Below are positions 37,287-47,334 of a stretch of DNA of 59,104 nt, in pieces. The notes under the pieces were generated by a model. It was not told the origin of the DNA. It did no database searches and saw only the letters and a list, made by a program, of their open reading frames with translations. This DNA comes from a virus, in UHGV virus genome UHGV-0025827. One strand, given 5' to 3'. A program made the translations under genes and the position numbers. Each line of letters opens with the position of its first letter. Within the stretch, counting starts at the first letter, position 1.

Positions 37287-37756
37287 CCGACCTCACTGAC
37301 TACAAACCGACTATCCTCACACTGCACCCCTACGAGATGGACGTTATCTTTGTGTGGTCGCCGGACGAGCAGCAGGCGCTGGCGAACTACCTGCGCGAGC
37401 ACCATGACGATGACTGGAAACGCTGGGGTGACTTCGTTGGTGAGAGCGAGTGGAAGTGTCGCGGCCTGAGCTGGGTCGGCGGCTTCGAGGTTCCCACGGT
37501 TATTGGCGTGAACCTCCCACTGTACTGCTCCGGGGAGGATGGCCAGGAGATGTTCCGTGGTGCGATGGCCACACTGTCGCACGAGATATTCCATAGTATT
37601 ATGGCCCTGTGTAAGAACATCATGCAGTACCCGGAGTGGGACCATGACGAGCCGATGGCTTACATGACAGGCTACATCATGAAGCACGCGCTGGAGCTTA
37701 TGCCAGCAGAAATGCCCAGCCTGATGGAGATGGTGGAGAAGGCCGCTACCAAATGA
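37283..37756 (+). CDS. small HExxH zinc-metallopeptidase-like protein
   Basis: 157 aa; HEIFH motif followed by a downstream Glu/Asp cluster (EWDHDE); Trp-rich. Confidence 0.55.
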   Translation: MTDLTDYKPTILTLHPYEMDVIFVWSPDEQQALANYLREHHDDDWKRWGDFVGESEWKCRGLSWVGGFEVPTVIGVNLPLYCSGEDGQEMFRGAMATLSHEIFHSIMALCKNIMQYPEWDHDEPMAYMTGYIMKHALELMPAEMPSLMEMVEKAATK

Positions 37757-37812
37757 CTTGCTGGTAGGCGTATGCTATCTTCCAGCTGGGCATCCCAACT
37801 GGAGGATTTTTT

Positions 37813-39207
37813 ATGGCTCACAAGAATCCTGTCGTCCTATCTACGGACGGCAAGAAACATGAAACGCTGGGCAGCAGTGATACGCTGGCACCCGGCAGCA
37901 TTCCAATCTCGGCGGAGTCCGGTAACGGGCTGTCCGTCAAATCAGATGGCCTGTTCGCAGAACCGGGTGGTGGCGGTGGCGGGCTAACCGAAGTCGCGCA
38001 CAACAACAGTCTGTCCGGCGCGGGCACCACTGCTTCCCCACTCGCCGTCCGTGTCAGCGGGCGTGCTGGCAATGCTATCCAGTTCCTGGACCTGGCAACC
38101 AGTGAGGGCGGCTTGTTCGCGGCGCTGGCCAGCGCTGGTGGTATCCCAGGGTTCGGCGAACCGAACATCATTCCAGACCCGACTGATATTGGGATCGTGG
38201 AAGCAAAATATTATGACCTGCTCATGGACAGCTCCATCACGGAAGGGGTGATGTATCACTACCCGACCCTGACTTCTGGTGGTGAGACACTGGAGAATGT
38301 CGGACAAGGCGTGCTGCTTTACGCTATTCCGGCAGGCGATGGAGTTATCGCTTCATACTCCGGCGTGTTCGCCGGGTCGAACCAGCAGGGGCTTCGCGTT
38401 CGTTACATGGATTCCGGCAACACGGTGTTGCTGGTGGAGAACATGCGCGGCCTGGTACTGAACACTGATGGCACACTAACCGGATGGGGGGAACTGTCCA
38501 ACCAACTGGCAGTTCAGGTATCAGCTGACTCGCAGAACGAACTGACTGTTCTCCAGCCAGAGAACTCTGATAACCCTGGGCTGTATGCGCGGCCTATCAG
38601 CGCCATGCTGTTTGCGGCAGACGACTCAATCGTTAAGACCTCGAACTACGAGGGCAACCCGAAGAATGCCGCCATCGCAGCACGGATTAGTACGCGGGCA
38701 AACAACAACCTGCGCCTCATCCCGAACAGCGAGTCAACAGCAGAACGCGGTTTGTTTGCGTCGAAGATGACCCGTGGCACTGGTGGCGGTAACTGGTCGT
38801 TTGGCTACCCTGACTCCCCCGGCGCGAAGAACGCTTGCGGGAAGATTGGTAGCGGCGTCTACTGGAAATCTACCATCGAGATGAGCAACGCTAATGCTGG
38901 CGATGTGAACGTGAAGGTGGATGTGTGGGTCAAGAACTTGCCTTGCATGGAAGATGGCACACTGGTTTCGCACCGGGTTCTGGTTGACTATGCCAGCGCC
39001 ACAACCTCGGCTAAACCGACTGCGGCTATCTGGCTAATCTGCGACACCGCTCCGACTCACATGATTAACATCGAGACGAAGACGATCACTAAACTCCAGC
39101 GTAGCCCTGACTCGCCGACCACTGGCCTGCCAGATTATCCGACTGCACCGGACGGAGAGTATGCCCAGGAGTTCTCATACTCGCGTCAGTATTTCTACAT
39201 GGCGTAA
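37813..39207 (+). CDS. tail fibre / tailspike paralog 1
   Basis: 464 aa; GGAGG RBS; N-terminal about 50 aa conserved with the two downstream paralogs (MA.K.PVV.S.D.K.H..LG..D...SIP.S..SGN.L....DGL); poly-Gly hinge; divergent C-terminus. Confidence 0.75.
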   Translation: MAHKNPVVLSTDGKKHETLGSSDTLAPGSIPISAESGNGLSVKSDGLFAEPGGGGGGLTEVAHNNSLSGAGTTASPLAVRVSGRAGNAIQFLDLATSEGGLFAALASAGGIPGFGEPNIIPDPTDIGIVEAKYYDLLMDSSITEGVMYHYPTLTSGGETLENVGQGVLLYAIPAGDGVIASYSGVFAGSNQQGLRVRYMDSGNTVLLVENMRGLVLNTDGTLTGWGELSNQLAVQVSADSQNELTVLQPENSDNPGLYARPISAMLFAADDSIVKTSNYEGNPKNAAIAARISTRANNNLRLIPNSESTAERGLFASKMTRGTGGGNWSFGYPDSPGAKNACGKIGSGVYWKSTIEMSNANAGDVNVKVDVWVKNLPCMEDGTLVSHRVLVDYASATTSAKPTAAIWLICDTAPTHMINIETKTITKLQRSPDSPTTGLPDYPTAPDGEYAQEFSYSRQYFYMA

Positions 39208-39269
39208 CCTACTTGCCACGGACGGCGAATATCTATACACTCAGTGTAGATATCAAAAGGAGATGGGAC

Positions 39270-39578
39270 ATGCGTAAATTTGAGTATGAAGATACACCGA
39301 TGGCTGACGGGTATCCGTCCGTAACATTAGGGGATGTTGAGCGTGCGGTGGCAGATGTATCGTACACCGTGCTGTGCAACTCCCAGGGCCGCGCCTCGAC
39401 CACCACTGTCTGCATGATTACGCTGGACAATGGCCACAGCGTGATTGGTTCCTCGGCCTGCGTTGTGGCTGAGAAGTTCAATCGCGAGATGGGTGAGCAG
39501 TGTGCCTACGAGAAAGCGATGGACGAGGTGTGGGCTTTACTCGGATACGAGCTGCGGCTTAAACTGTCGTCGCAATAA
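39270..39578 (+). CDS. hypothetical protein (102 aa), possible fibre assembly factor
   Basis: AAAGGAG RBS; lies between fibre genes. Confidence 0.45.
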   Translation: MRKFEYEDTPMADGYPSVTLGDVERAVADVSYTVLCNSQGRASTTTVCMITLDNGHSVIGSSACVVAEKFNREMGEQCAYEKAMDEVWALLGYELRLKLSSQ

Positions 39579-39600
39579 CGAGCGACTGACGCCCCGGACA

Positions 39601-39634
39601 AACCCCTGACGGCCTCGGTCGCGGGGGTTTTTTA
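39601..39634 (+). terminator. rho-independent terminator candidate
   Basis: Imperfect GC-rich stem (CCCC-GAC / GTC-GGGG) followed by TTTTTT. Confidence 0.5.
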
Positions 39635-39647
39635 TTAGGAGACAGCT

Positions 39648-40697
39648 ATGGCCCAACGTAAACCCGTTGTCATGAGCAGTGACAACAAACGACATAACCC
39701 ACTGGCGGACGGCGACAAGCTGGAAGCCTCAAGCATCCCACTTAGCTCCGGGAGCGGTAACCTGCTGGAGACGCGTGAGGACGGGCTGTACTACGGTATC
39801 CAGGCTCCGGCAGATATCTCTAACCTGTATGTTGATAGTACGGGTGGCCTGGACACTAACGCCGGGACGAAGGCTGCGCCGCTGAAGACCATTGCCGCAG
39901 CACTATCGAAAGTCCGTGCTGACCAGAGTAATACCATCCATCTCCGTGCTGGCAGGCGCTACGCGTGGCCTAACGGTAATGTGACAGCAGGTGCTACTCG
40001 CACGTTCCGCGTGTGGGATGACCCGTTCATTGACGGAGACAAAGTTCCGACTGCTACACCAGAGAAGACTTCGTACAATGGCTATCTCCGCGCAGCGTTG
40101 AACCGTCCGGTTGTGTACCTGGATTTCGTGTATAACGAGACTATCCATGTGTTCAGTAACAAGGTCATCACTGCCACGAACGGCGGCGTTGTCCAGGTCA
40201 ACGGACTCCGGTTTGAAGCGAAAGGTTTCAACCAGCCAGGTTCCGGCAGCGAGCCAGCTGACTTCACCACGGCATGGGGTATGTGGGAAGGCATGTCCTT
40301 CTTCAGCGGTGATGCGGCTGGTGTAGTGCAGCTGCTGGGGTGTGAGTTTGAGATGTTCTACCGACCAGATGTTTATGGGGAAGGAAACAAATCAACGTGG
40401 CGATACATTGCTGAAGCATATACCTGGGGCCGTGGTGCGCCGTCTATCACGTTTACCAGCTGTTCGCATGTGAACGCTGCACGCGGCGACACCGACCTGG
40501 GCACACCACTGGTGCAGGTAGCTCCGGCAAACATGCAGATTAACGTCACGAACCCAGGTGACTCATGGAGCCAGGAACCGGGGTATGAGTACCTGAACTT
40601 CAATATCCACACCATTGCACGCGATGCGATCGCCAGCGATATCACCCGTGACAGCAACGGCGTGCCCCGTAACTTAATGTCTAACCTGGTTTTCTAA
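39648..40697 (+). CDS. tail fibre / tailspike paralog 2
   Basis: 349 aa; AGGAG RBS; shares the N-terminal anchor with 37813 and 40708. Confidence 0.75.
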   Translation: MAQRKPVVMSSDNKRHNPLADGDKLEASSIPLSSGSGNLLETREDGLYYGIQAPADISNLYVDSTGGLDTNAGTKAAPLKTIAAALSKVRADQSNTIHLRAGRRYAWPNGNVTAGATRTFRVWDDPFIDGDKVPTATPEKTSYNGYLRAALNRPVVYLDFVYNETIHVFSNKVITATNGGVVQVNGLRFEAKGFNQPGSGSEPADFTTAWGMWEGMSFFSGDAAGVVQLLGCEFEMFYRPDVYGEGNKSTWRYIAEAYTWGRGAPSITFTSCSHVNAARGDTDLGTPLVQVAPANMQINVTNPGDSWSQEPGYEYLNFNIHTIARDAIASDITRDSNGVPRNLMSNLVF

Positions 40698-40707
40698 GGA
40701 GTAGCAA

Positions 40708-41751
40708 ATGGCTCAGAGAACTCCTGTTGTTCTTAACCCGAACAACAAGCAACATATCCCGCTGGGGGATACTGACACCATCCGGCCATCGGATGTGCCC
40801 GTGTCCACCGACTCTGGAAACACCGTCCAGGTCCGCAGCAACGGTATTTATGTCGGCACGGAAGCCGTACCGGAGTATGCGCAGCAGTACGTCGATAGCG
40901 TCAACGGCGATGACACTGCTGGTGATGGAAGCAGGGCGAATCCGTACAAGACGATTGGCCGTGCGGTACAGAACATGGTTGCCGGGACGCGTGGCTATAC
41001 TGTGTACTGCTACGAGAACCAGGAGCATGTTCTCCCGTCACGAGTTTTGCAGGGTGTGTCTATGACCATCACCAGCTATCCGTCATTGCAGGACAACGCA
41101 GAACTCTTGCAGCGTATCGCGGAAGCATGGTTTGTTAAATACCCAGGCTCTATTCTGACACGCAACACTATCGGCAACGCGTTCGATATGGCCACTCTTA
41201 TCCCGGACCGTGTTAACCCAATCAACAATACAGACCCTGGAGGTCCGTATGGGTTTGTTCAGGGTCTTGTCATGGTCAATGGTTCATTGAACTTGTCAAC
41301 AATCAAGCTGCGCTGTGGCTCACGTTCTATGGACGTCCCGGTAAACGGCCTACTCCGTGGAGCGATGCTCTGCGACAACGACCTGGTAGGACCAGCATCA
41401 TACACGCTCAACTACTGTGAAGTGACACTCGGCAGTATGCCGCTCATGGTGCAGCGTGGTGCAGGCTCTAACGCCACGCTTAACCTGTACGGCACGAGCG
41501 TGACAGGCGTTACGGATTCTGTAGGTGACCCGGTGTATATCAGGGGATGGGGTAGTGATGCCCCACGCGTGACAGCCATGATTGGTGGGGAATCTGAAGG
41601 CACTATGTTTGTGACCGTAGATGGCGTTGACTATTACCAGCGCAAGACTATCGGGGCATCTGACTACGCCCGCGACCACACTACAGGCGTGGTGTATCAT
41701 GGTGATATCCCGGTGACAATCGACGCTGCGTTCCTGTATAAGAACGGCTAA
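40708..41751 (+). CDS. tail fibre / tailspike paralog 3
   Basis: 347 aa; AAGGAG RBS; shared N-terminal anchor; distinct C-terminal domain. Confidence 0.75.
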   Translation: MAQRTPVVLNPNNKQHIPLGDTDTIRPSDVPVSTDSGNTVQVRSNGIYVGTEAVPEYAQQYVDSVNGDDTAGDGSRANPYKTIGRAVQNMVAGTRGYTVYCYENQEHVLPSRVLQGVSMTITSYPSLQDNAELLQRIAEAWFVKYPGSILTRNTIGNAFDMATLIPDRVNPINNTDPGGPYGFVQGLVMVNGSLNLSTIKLRCGSRSMDVPVNGLLRGAMLCDNDLVGPASYTLNYCEVTLGSMPLMVQRGAGSNATLNLYGTSVTGVTDSVGDPVYIRGWGSDAPRVTAMIGGESEGTMFVTVDGVDYYQRKTIGASDYARDHTTGVVYHGDIPVTIDAAFLYKNG

Positions 41752-41859
41752 ACGAAAGCGCCCCACTCTGACCGATGGAGCCTGGTGGGACATGCCAGGT
41801 GAGGTGAACAGAGCAGGGCGCAAATGAATAGTAAAGTGTTTTGTGAGAGGTAGCAACTG

Positions 41860-42423
41860 ATGGATGGCAAACTTATCGTTCAACCGGAGGATCGTAAAGA
41901 CCTCATGCGCCTCCGTCCACTCTGGTCTAACATCGCCCAGGACATTGTGATGACCAATGTTCCGAACGCGGAAGGGACGGGGCCACTCATCACGCCGCAG
42001 GAAATCTGCGAGAACTATAATATTACGGCCAACGAATGCCTGGCCCTGCTGAAGCTGCCAGAGTTCCGGCGACTGGTGAAGGACTATCGCAAGCGTGTCG
42101 ATGCGATGGGCGATAATGCGTCCATAACATTACGGGCACAAATGCTGGCGTCCTCGCTTATGGAGACGGTGTACCTGGATGTGATGAAGGCTGGCTCCGA
42201 CACGAAGGACCGCATCAAGGTGATGGAGCGACTGTTCCAGTACGGCGGTCTGGACCCGGCAACCAACGGCCAGAACAAACAGAAGTCCGGCGATGGCGGT
42301 GGCGGGAACGCTGCGGCGATTGGCCAGGTTATCATCAACGTCCCGGCTGGTATCCCTGGCATGGAACATGTGCAGCAGCGTGCCCCGGTGACCCTGGACG
42401 CGGAGGTGCAGAGTGGCGACTAA
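41860..42423 (+). CDS. small terminase subunit candidate
   Basis: 187 aa immediately upstream of and overlapping the large terminase; HTH-like N-terminal region; contains two direct ATAAYATTACGG repeats. Confidence 0.5.
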   Translation: MDGKLIVQPEDRKDLMRLRPLWSNIAQDIVMTNVPNAEGTGPLITPQEICENYNITANECLALLKLPEFRRLVKDYRKRVDAMGDNASITLRAQMLASSLMETVYLDVMKAGSDTKDRIKVMERLFQYGGLDPATNGQNKQKSGDGGGGNAAAIGQVIINVPAGIPGMEHVQQRAPVTLDAEVQSGD

Positions 42424-43876
42424 GCATCTCAACTACATCCCATACCCCACGCCGATGGAGTTCCATTGCGCGACGAACATGTTCGTGCGTGCCATCTGCG
42501 GGCCGTTCGGCTCCGGTAAGTCGGTGACCTGTGTGCAGGAGCTGATGTACATCGCCATGCGCCAGGCACCTGCCGCCGATGGCAATCGCTACACCCGCTT
42601 CGGCATTGTGCGTGCATCATATCCGAACCTGCGTACCACCACTAAAAAGACAATGGAGATGTGGTATCCGTCCGAGTGCGGTTCAATCAAAGAGACTGCG
42701 CCGATGGAGGGCAAGTTCCGTATCCCGTTACCGGACGACACGGTGGTGGTCATGGAGCTGTTGCTCATCGCGGTAGAGACGGCAGAGGATGTTAAGAAAC
42801 TTCGCTCGACTGACTTCACCGCCATCTGGATTAACGAGGCCACAGAGGTGGCGCAGGAAGTCCTGACGGCAGCTACCGAACGTGTGGGTCGTTATCCATC
42901 TGACCGCTTTGGTACATGCTCCTGGAAGGGCGTGCTGCTTGACTACAACAAACCACCGCGTGGCCACTGGCTGCGTAAGCTGTTTGAGTCTGTCGATACG
43001 CCAGAGAACTATGCGTACTTCGAGCAGCCACCAGCGGCGTACAAGCACACGTCCGAGGACGGCATTGTTACGTATACGTTCAACCCTGATGCGGATAACC
43101 TGAAGGTGCTGGGGCCGAACTACTACCCTGACCAGGTGGCAGCGAAACGACTGGTCGGCGCGTTCGACGAGATTGACCAGCTGCTCTGTATGATGGACGT
43201 GGACTCTAAACCCGGTAAGCCAGTCTTCATCAACTTCAGTCGTGAGACGCATGTGGCTAAGGCCGTGCTCCAGCCTATCGAGGGGCAGGACACTATCATC
43301 GCAATCGACACCTCCGGTATCCACCCGGCAGCGCTTATCGCGCAGTTCATGGGGAGACAGTGGGGCGTCATTGACGAGCTGTATGGTGACGGCACAGGCT
43401 TCGAAGACTTTATCTACAGTGCGCTCCTGCCTGTCCTGACCCAGCGATATCGTGGTTCACGCATCCTGGCGGTGTGTGACCCGGCGAACGCACGCAACGG
43501 ATTCAACGCGACGACACCTGTGGCCAACCTGATTGACGCCCGTATCCCGGCTATCGTCGCACCGACGAACGCCATCAAAGCGCGTATCGAAGCAGGTAAC
43601 CAAATCCTGTCGAAGAACGTGGGCGGCGTCCTGATATCTCCGGCGTGTGAGCTGCTCATCGCTGCACTGGCTGGTGGGTATAGATTCAAAAAGACTACAA
43701 TCGCTGGTACTATTGACCAGACCTACTCGACCACACCGGAGAAAAACGAGCACTCTCACCCGGCTGACGCGTTCGAGTACCTGAGCCTGCACATCCTCCG
43801 TGCGGGGGAACTGGACCAGAACAGCGACGATGTGCGTAGGCAGATGCAGAAGCGAACAAAGAGAAGGGTGATGTGA
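42413..43876 (+). CDS. terminase large subunit
   Basis: 487 aa (GTG start, GGAGG RBS); Walker A GPFGSGKS; C-terminal nuclease-like acidic residues. Confidence 0.85.
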   Translation: MATKHLNYIPYPTPMEFHCATNMFVRAICGPFGSGKSVTCVQELMYIAMRQAPAADGNRYTRFGIVRASYPNLRTTTKKTMEMWYPSECGSIKETAPMEGKFRIPLPDDTVVVMELLLIAVETAEDVKKLRSTDFTAIWINEATEVAQEVLTAATERVGRYPSDRFGTCSWKGVLLDYNKPPRGHWLRKLFESVDTPENYAYFEQPPAAYKHTSEDGIVTYTFNPDADNLKVLGPNYYPDQVAAKRLVGAFDEIDQLLCMMDVDSKPGKPVFINFSRETHVAKAVLQPIEGQDTIIAIDTSGIHPAALIAQFMGRQWGVIDELYGDGTGFEDFIYSALLPVLTQRYRGSRILAVCDPANARNGFNATTPVANLIDARIPAIVAPTNAIKARIEAGNQILSKNVGGVLISPACELLIAALAGGYRFKKTTIAGTIDQTYSTTPEKNEHSHPADAFEYLSLHILRAGELDQNSDDVRRQMQKRTKRRVM

Positions 43877-45783
43877 TGAAAGAACCAGCTGTCGAGATTG
43901 AGGTGCCGAACAAATCGGTAGACCCCATCGCTGCCATTGTGTCGCAGCGGTGGAACAATGCTGTGTTCTGGCGCTCGCAAGAGAAGGTCGGGGGTAAGTC
44001 CCTGCGCACCGTACTCAGTGACTGCTACGACCAGCGCGAGGGTATCCTGGCTCCATGTGACCAGGAGATCGTTGACATGCTTGGCGTCGATATGTACGTC
44101 AACATCTCCGGGCTGAAGTCCTCCGCCCTGGTAGCATGGATGCGTGACCTGCTGATTAACACGGCAGAGTTACCGTTCACGCTATCGCCGACGCCGCTGC
44201 CAGAAATGTCTGACGCGTCGCGTCTGCGTATTCTGAACCAGGTGAAGCGCCAGCTCTATGGCCAGGGATTCGATGGTGACCTGCTGTCGCTGGTGCGCGA
44301 GCTGAAGTTCCAGCAGCGCGAGGCAGAGATGAACGAGGCGACTCATGCCGCCGACGCGATGTATACGCTCATCAAAGACCAGTGCTGGCAGGGTGGCTTC
44401 CGTCGCGCCATGCTGAAGATGATTAACGATTTCGCCACGTATCCGTTCGCCGGGATGCACGGGCCGATTCCAACGATGGTCACACAGATGGAGTGGTCTG
44501 GTTCCCAGCTGCGTCCGAAGAACTCGGTGCAGTTCCAGTTCCGTCCGCTGTCTGTGTTTGACACGTTCTGGACGCCTGATAGTCGTGATGCGCAGAGCGG
44601 GACAGCTGTCATGGTTCGTGAACGCATCACGAAGCAGGAGCTGTATAAGTGCCTGAACATGAAGTCCTACATCAAAGCCAACGTACTGAAGGTGCTGGAA
44701 GGCTGTGTGACTGGCCGCATCGACAGTATGTGGATGAGCCGCAACCGTGAGCAGCCAGACTCGTTCGCATGGGGATGGGGCAACGGAGAGACGGTGGAAG
44801 TTCTCCGCCATTACGGCATCCTGTCCGGGCGCGAGCTGATGATGTACGGCATCACTGGCCTGGAGGCCAATGACTATTACGAGTCAACGGTGTCCATGAT
44901 TGGTCCGTACACCATCCAGGTATTCATCAACCCGAACCCGGCAGTAAACATTCGTCCGGTGTACCTGGCCAGCTTTGAACAGGCTGGGGATCGCATCCCA
45001 GGTGTGAGCATCTGCCAGAAGGTTCGTGACGTAGAGCGTGCGTACCTGGCCACCCTGCGCTTCATGATGGTGAATATGGGGTACGCCGCAGGTCCGATTG
45101 GCGAAGTGGACTACAGCCGCGTACAGCGCTATATGACGCCAGAGGATGTTGGCCAGCTGGCTGCGTTGACCATGTACCCGGTTGACCCGGACATGAGTGC
45201 TGGTGGCCGTCCGGCGCACTACTTCCATAATGTTCCGGCTAACGTTGGTGCGTTCATGAACGTGGGCCAGTTCTTCATGGACCTGGCGGACCGCATCACA
45301 CAGATTCCGGCATCCATCCACGGCGAGCCTGTGGGCACCGGGGCGAACCGTACCTTCCGTGGCATGGCTATGCTGTACGGTAACGCCATCAAGCCTATCC
45401 AGTCCGGCATTGCAAACCTGGATGAGATGGTGTTCGCCCCGCTCGGTAACCTGATGTATAACTACAACATGCGTTACTGGCCAGACGAGTCTGTGAAGGG
45501 CGATGCGAAGATTCTGGCGCAGGGTTCCACGGGCCTCATCCAGAAAGAGGTTGCAAAACAGACAGCGCTGGATACTCTACAGCTCGTGGCGACAGCGGGC
45601 AGTGCCGCGCAGGGCATGGTCAACCCACGCGCGGTACAGTGGGCCGTCGATACCGCACTGCGGGCGTCTGGCGTTCCGGCAGAAGTATTGGAAGGCGGGA
45701 CTCCGGCAGCTGCTGGTGCGCCGCAGCAACAACAACAGCAGCCACCAGCTGCACCTGAACAGGCTATGGAGGTACAACAATGA
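43876..45783 (+). CDS. portal protein
   Basis: About 635 aa directly after the terminase; size and position. Confidence 0.7.
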   Translation: MKEPAVEIEVPNKSVDPIAAIVSQRWNNAVFWRSQEKVGGKSLRTVLSDCYDQREGILAPCDQEIVDMLGVDMYVNISGLKSSALVAWMRDLLINTAELPFTLSPTPLPEMSDASRLRILNQVKRQLYGQGFDGDLLSLVRELKFQQREAEMNEATHAADAMYTLIKDQCWQGGFRRAMLKMINDFATYPFAGMHGPIPTMVTQMEWSGSQLRPKNSVQFQFRPLSVFDTFWTPDSRDAQSGTAVMVRERITKQELYKCLNMKSYIKANVLKVLEGCVTGRIDSMWMSRNREQPDSFAWGWGNGETVEVLRHYGILSGRELMMYGITGLEANDYYESTVSMIGPYTIQVFINPNPAVNIRPVYLASFEQAGDRIPGVSICQKVRDVERAYLATLRFMMVNMGYAAGPIGEVDYSRVQRYMTPEDVGQLAALTMYPVDPDMSAGGRPAHYFHNVPANVGAFMNVGQFFMDLADRITQIPASIHGEPVGTGANRTFRGMAMLYGNAIKPIQSGIANLDEMVFAPLGNLMYNYNMRYWPDESVKGDAKILAQGSTGLIQKEVAKQTALDTLQLVATAGSAAQGMVNPRAVQWAVDTALRASGVPAEVLEGGTPAAAGAPQQQQQQPPAAPEQAMEVQQ

Positions 45784-46061
45784 TTAACGGAACCGCACCC
45801 GTAGTGGGTAAGCAGGTTTACGACATGAACCTGGGCTATGGGAAGATCATCTCCGTAGAGCCAGACCTGTCATTCGTCGTGGATTTCGGCGCGGGTCGTC
45901 GCCAGCGCTTTTCAACTGGCGGGTTCGTCGGTAACATTCGCCGTGTCTATTGGGAGAACCCGGTAGTCGTGGAGCCGATGGCTGACGATACCAGCTGGCA
46001 GACGTTCGTCAGCGTGGCACGCCAGATGTATCAGATGGTGCGTAAGTTACGGGGGCTGTGA
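45780..46061 (+). CDS. hypothetical protein (93 aa)
   Basis: Translationally coupled (ATGA) to the portal. Confidence 0.5.
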   Translation: MINGTAPVVGKQVYDMNLGYGKIISVEPDLSFVVDFGAGRRQRFSTGGFVGNIRRVYWENPVVVEPMADDTSWQTFVSVARQMYQMVRKLRGL

Positions 46062-46351
46062 TGGCAGAGCGCAAACCTATCAAACTGGAAGAAGTCGAGT
46101 GGGATGGCCTCCTGCTCGACCTGGTGATGGTGGCCAACAAAGTGTTGCCGATGGAACGTATCCTGAACAGTCGCTGGTTCCAGCGGCTTTCTGGTTTTGT
46201 GCGCCGTCACAATCCCTGCCACAGCGATGAGGAATCATTCGCCTGGCGTGTGATGTGTTATCTGTTCCCTGACTGCTGGTGTTGCTCCGGTATCCGGGGC
46301 TTTATCTATGGCGTAGTGTTTATGCTTATCGTGTGGGGAGTATTCTTATGA
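46061..46351 (+). CDS. small membrane protein
   Basis: C-terminal TM segment GFIYGVVFMLIVWGVFL. Confidence 0.5.
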   Translation: MAERKPIKLEEVEWDGLLLDLVMVANKVLPMERILNSRWFQRLSGFVRRHNPCHSDEESFAWRVMCYLFPDCWCCSGIRGFIYGVVFMLIVWGVFL

Positions 46352-46863
46352 GCAGCATGATTGATACTGGTGGCCACTACACCGGGAGAGGATCGTCCTG
46401 TGACGACAACCGCCCGGTACAGGGCGAGCACCAGGTACTGTTTGACCAGTCCAGCACGTTCCTGCAATCGGGACTTATCATTGTACGTGCTGACCAGCCT
46501 GTGATGCTGGTAGCGTACATGGTCCCGGAGGGGGCAGAGTTCGTCGTCGAAGGTGTGAGCGTCGGTAGCCGTGCAGTCCAGCAGGGTGGCGGTTGTTGTT
46601 CTCCATGTGGTCCGACACTCATGGGCCAGGGCGCGGCGGACATTCGCTTCCGCGAGCCGATGGCGCTGGGTGGCAATACCTGGTCCATCAACCCGAATAA
46701 CCGCCGTCTGGTTATCACGCTGCCTGGCACTTACATGCTGGTGCTGAACGATGACCAGTATCTCGGCAGCGTTCACGTCGAGCTGGTGGAGCTGGGTAAA
46801 GTTAAGACCACCATCCCGGATGGGTATGTCGCGGGCCTTAATATTATGACCGCTCCGGTGTAA
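46348..46863 (+). CDS. hypothetical head-region protein
   Basis: 171 aa from ATG 46348 (GGGGAG RBS). Confidence 0.55.
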   Translation: MSSMIDTGGHYTGRGSSCDDNRPVQGEHQVLFDQSSTFLQSGLIIVRADQPVMLVAYMVPEGAEFVVEGVSVGSRAVQQGGGCCSPCGPTLMGQGAADIRFREPMALGGNTWSINPNNRRLVITLPGTYMLVLNDDQYLGSVHVELVELGKVKTTIPDGYVAGLNIMTAPV

Positions 46864-46872
46864 GGGGGTAGT

Positions 46873-47331
46873 ATGCGTTACCTGCAACTTTTCGATGAAT
46901 TTAGTGAGAGCGAATACAGTGTCGCGTTCACTATCTTCCCTGGCAGCATCGGCGTGCTGTCTGCGTATAACCTCGGAAACAAGGTGCTGCGCGAGCCGAA
47001 CGAGCCGAAGAACACCCCGCAGATGTTTATCATCCAGAAGCTGGCGTTCCGTGGGGGCGGCATCTTCACGAAGGACATGTGCGACTGCAACTGTGACGAC
47101 GAAGACATTGGCCTGGGCTTCGAGCCGGAGTATGCTTATGCCGAAGACGTGACACAGTGCGGGATGTGGAACCTCAACGCGTGTCAAAACCTGGGCGCGA
47201 TTATGTTGCCCGGAACCTACCGCGTGCGGTTAAATGACCGTGGTGGATTGGGCAATGTTATTCTCGGCCTGGTTCGCTACAACGCGAAAGAGTCGGGGCA
47301 AGTGCCGCGCAACATTATTTTTGGGGAGTAA
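46873..47331 (+). CDS. hypothetical protein
   Basis: 152 aa; Cys-containing acidic region. Confidence 0.55.
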   Translation: MRYLQLFDEFSESEYSVAFTIFPGSIGVLSAYNLGNKVLREPNEPKNTPQMFIIQKLAFRGGGIFTKDMCDCNCDDEDIGLGFEPEYAYAEDVTQCGMWNLNACQNLGAIMLPGTYRVRLNDRGGLGNVILGLVRYNAKESGQVPRNIIFGE

Positions 47332-47334
47332 CCT

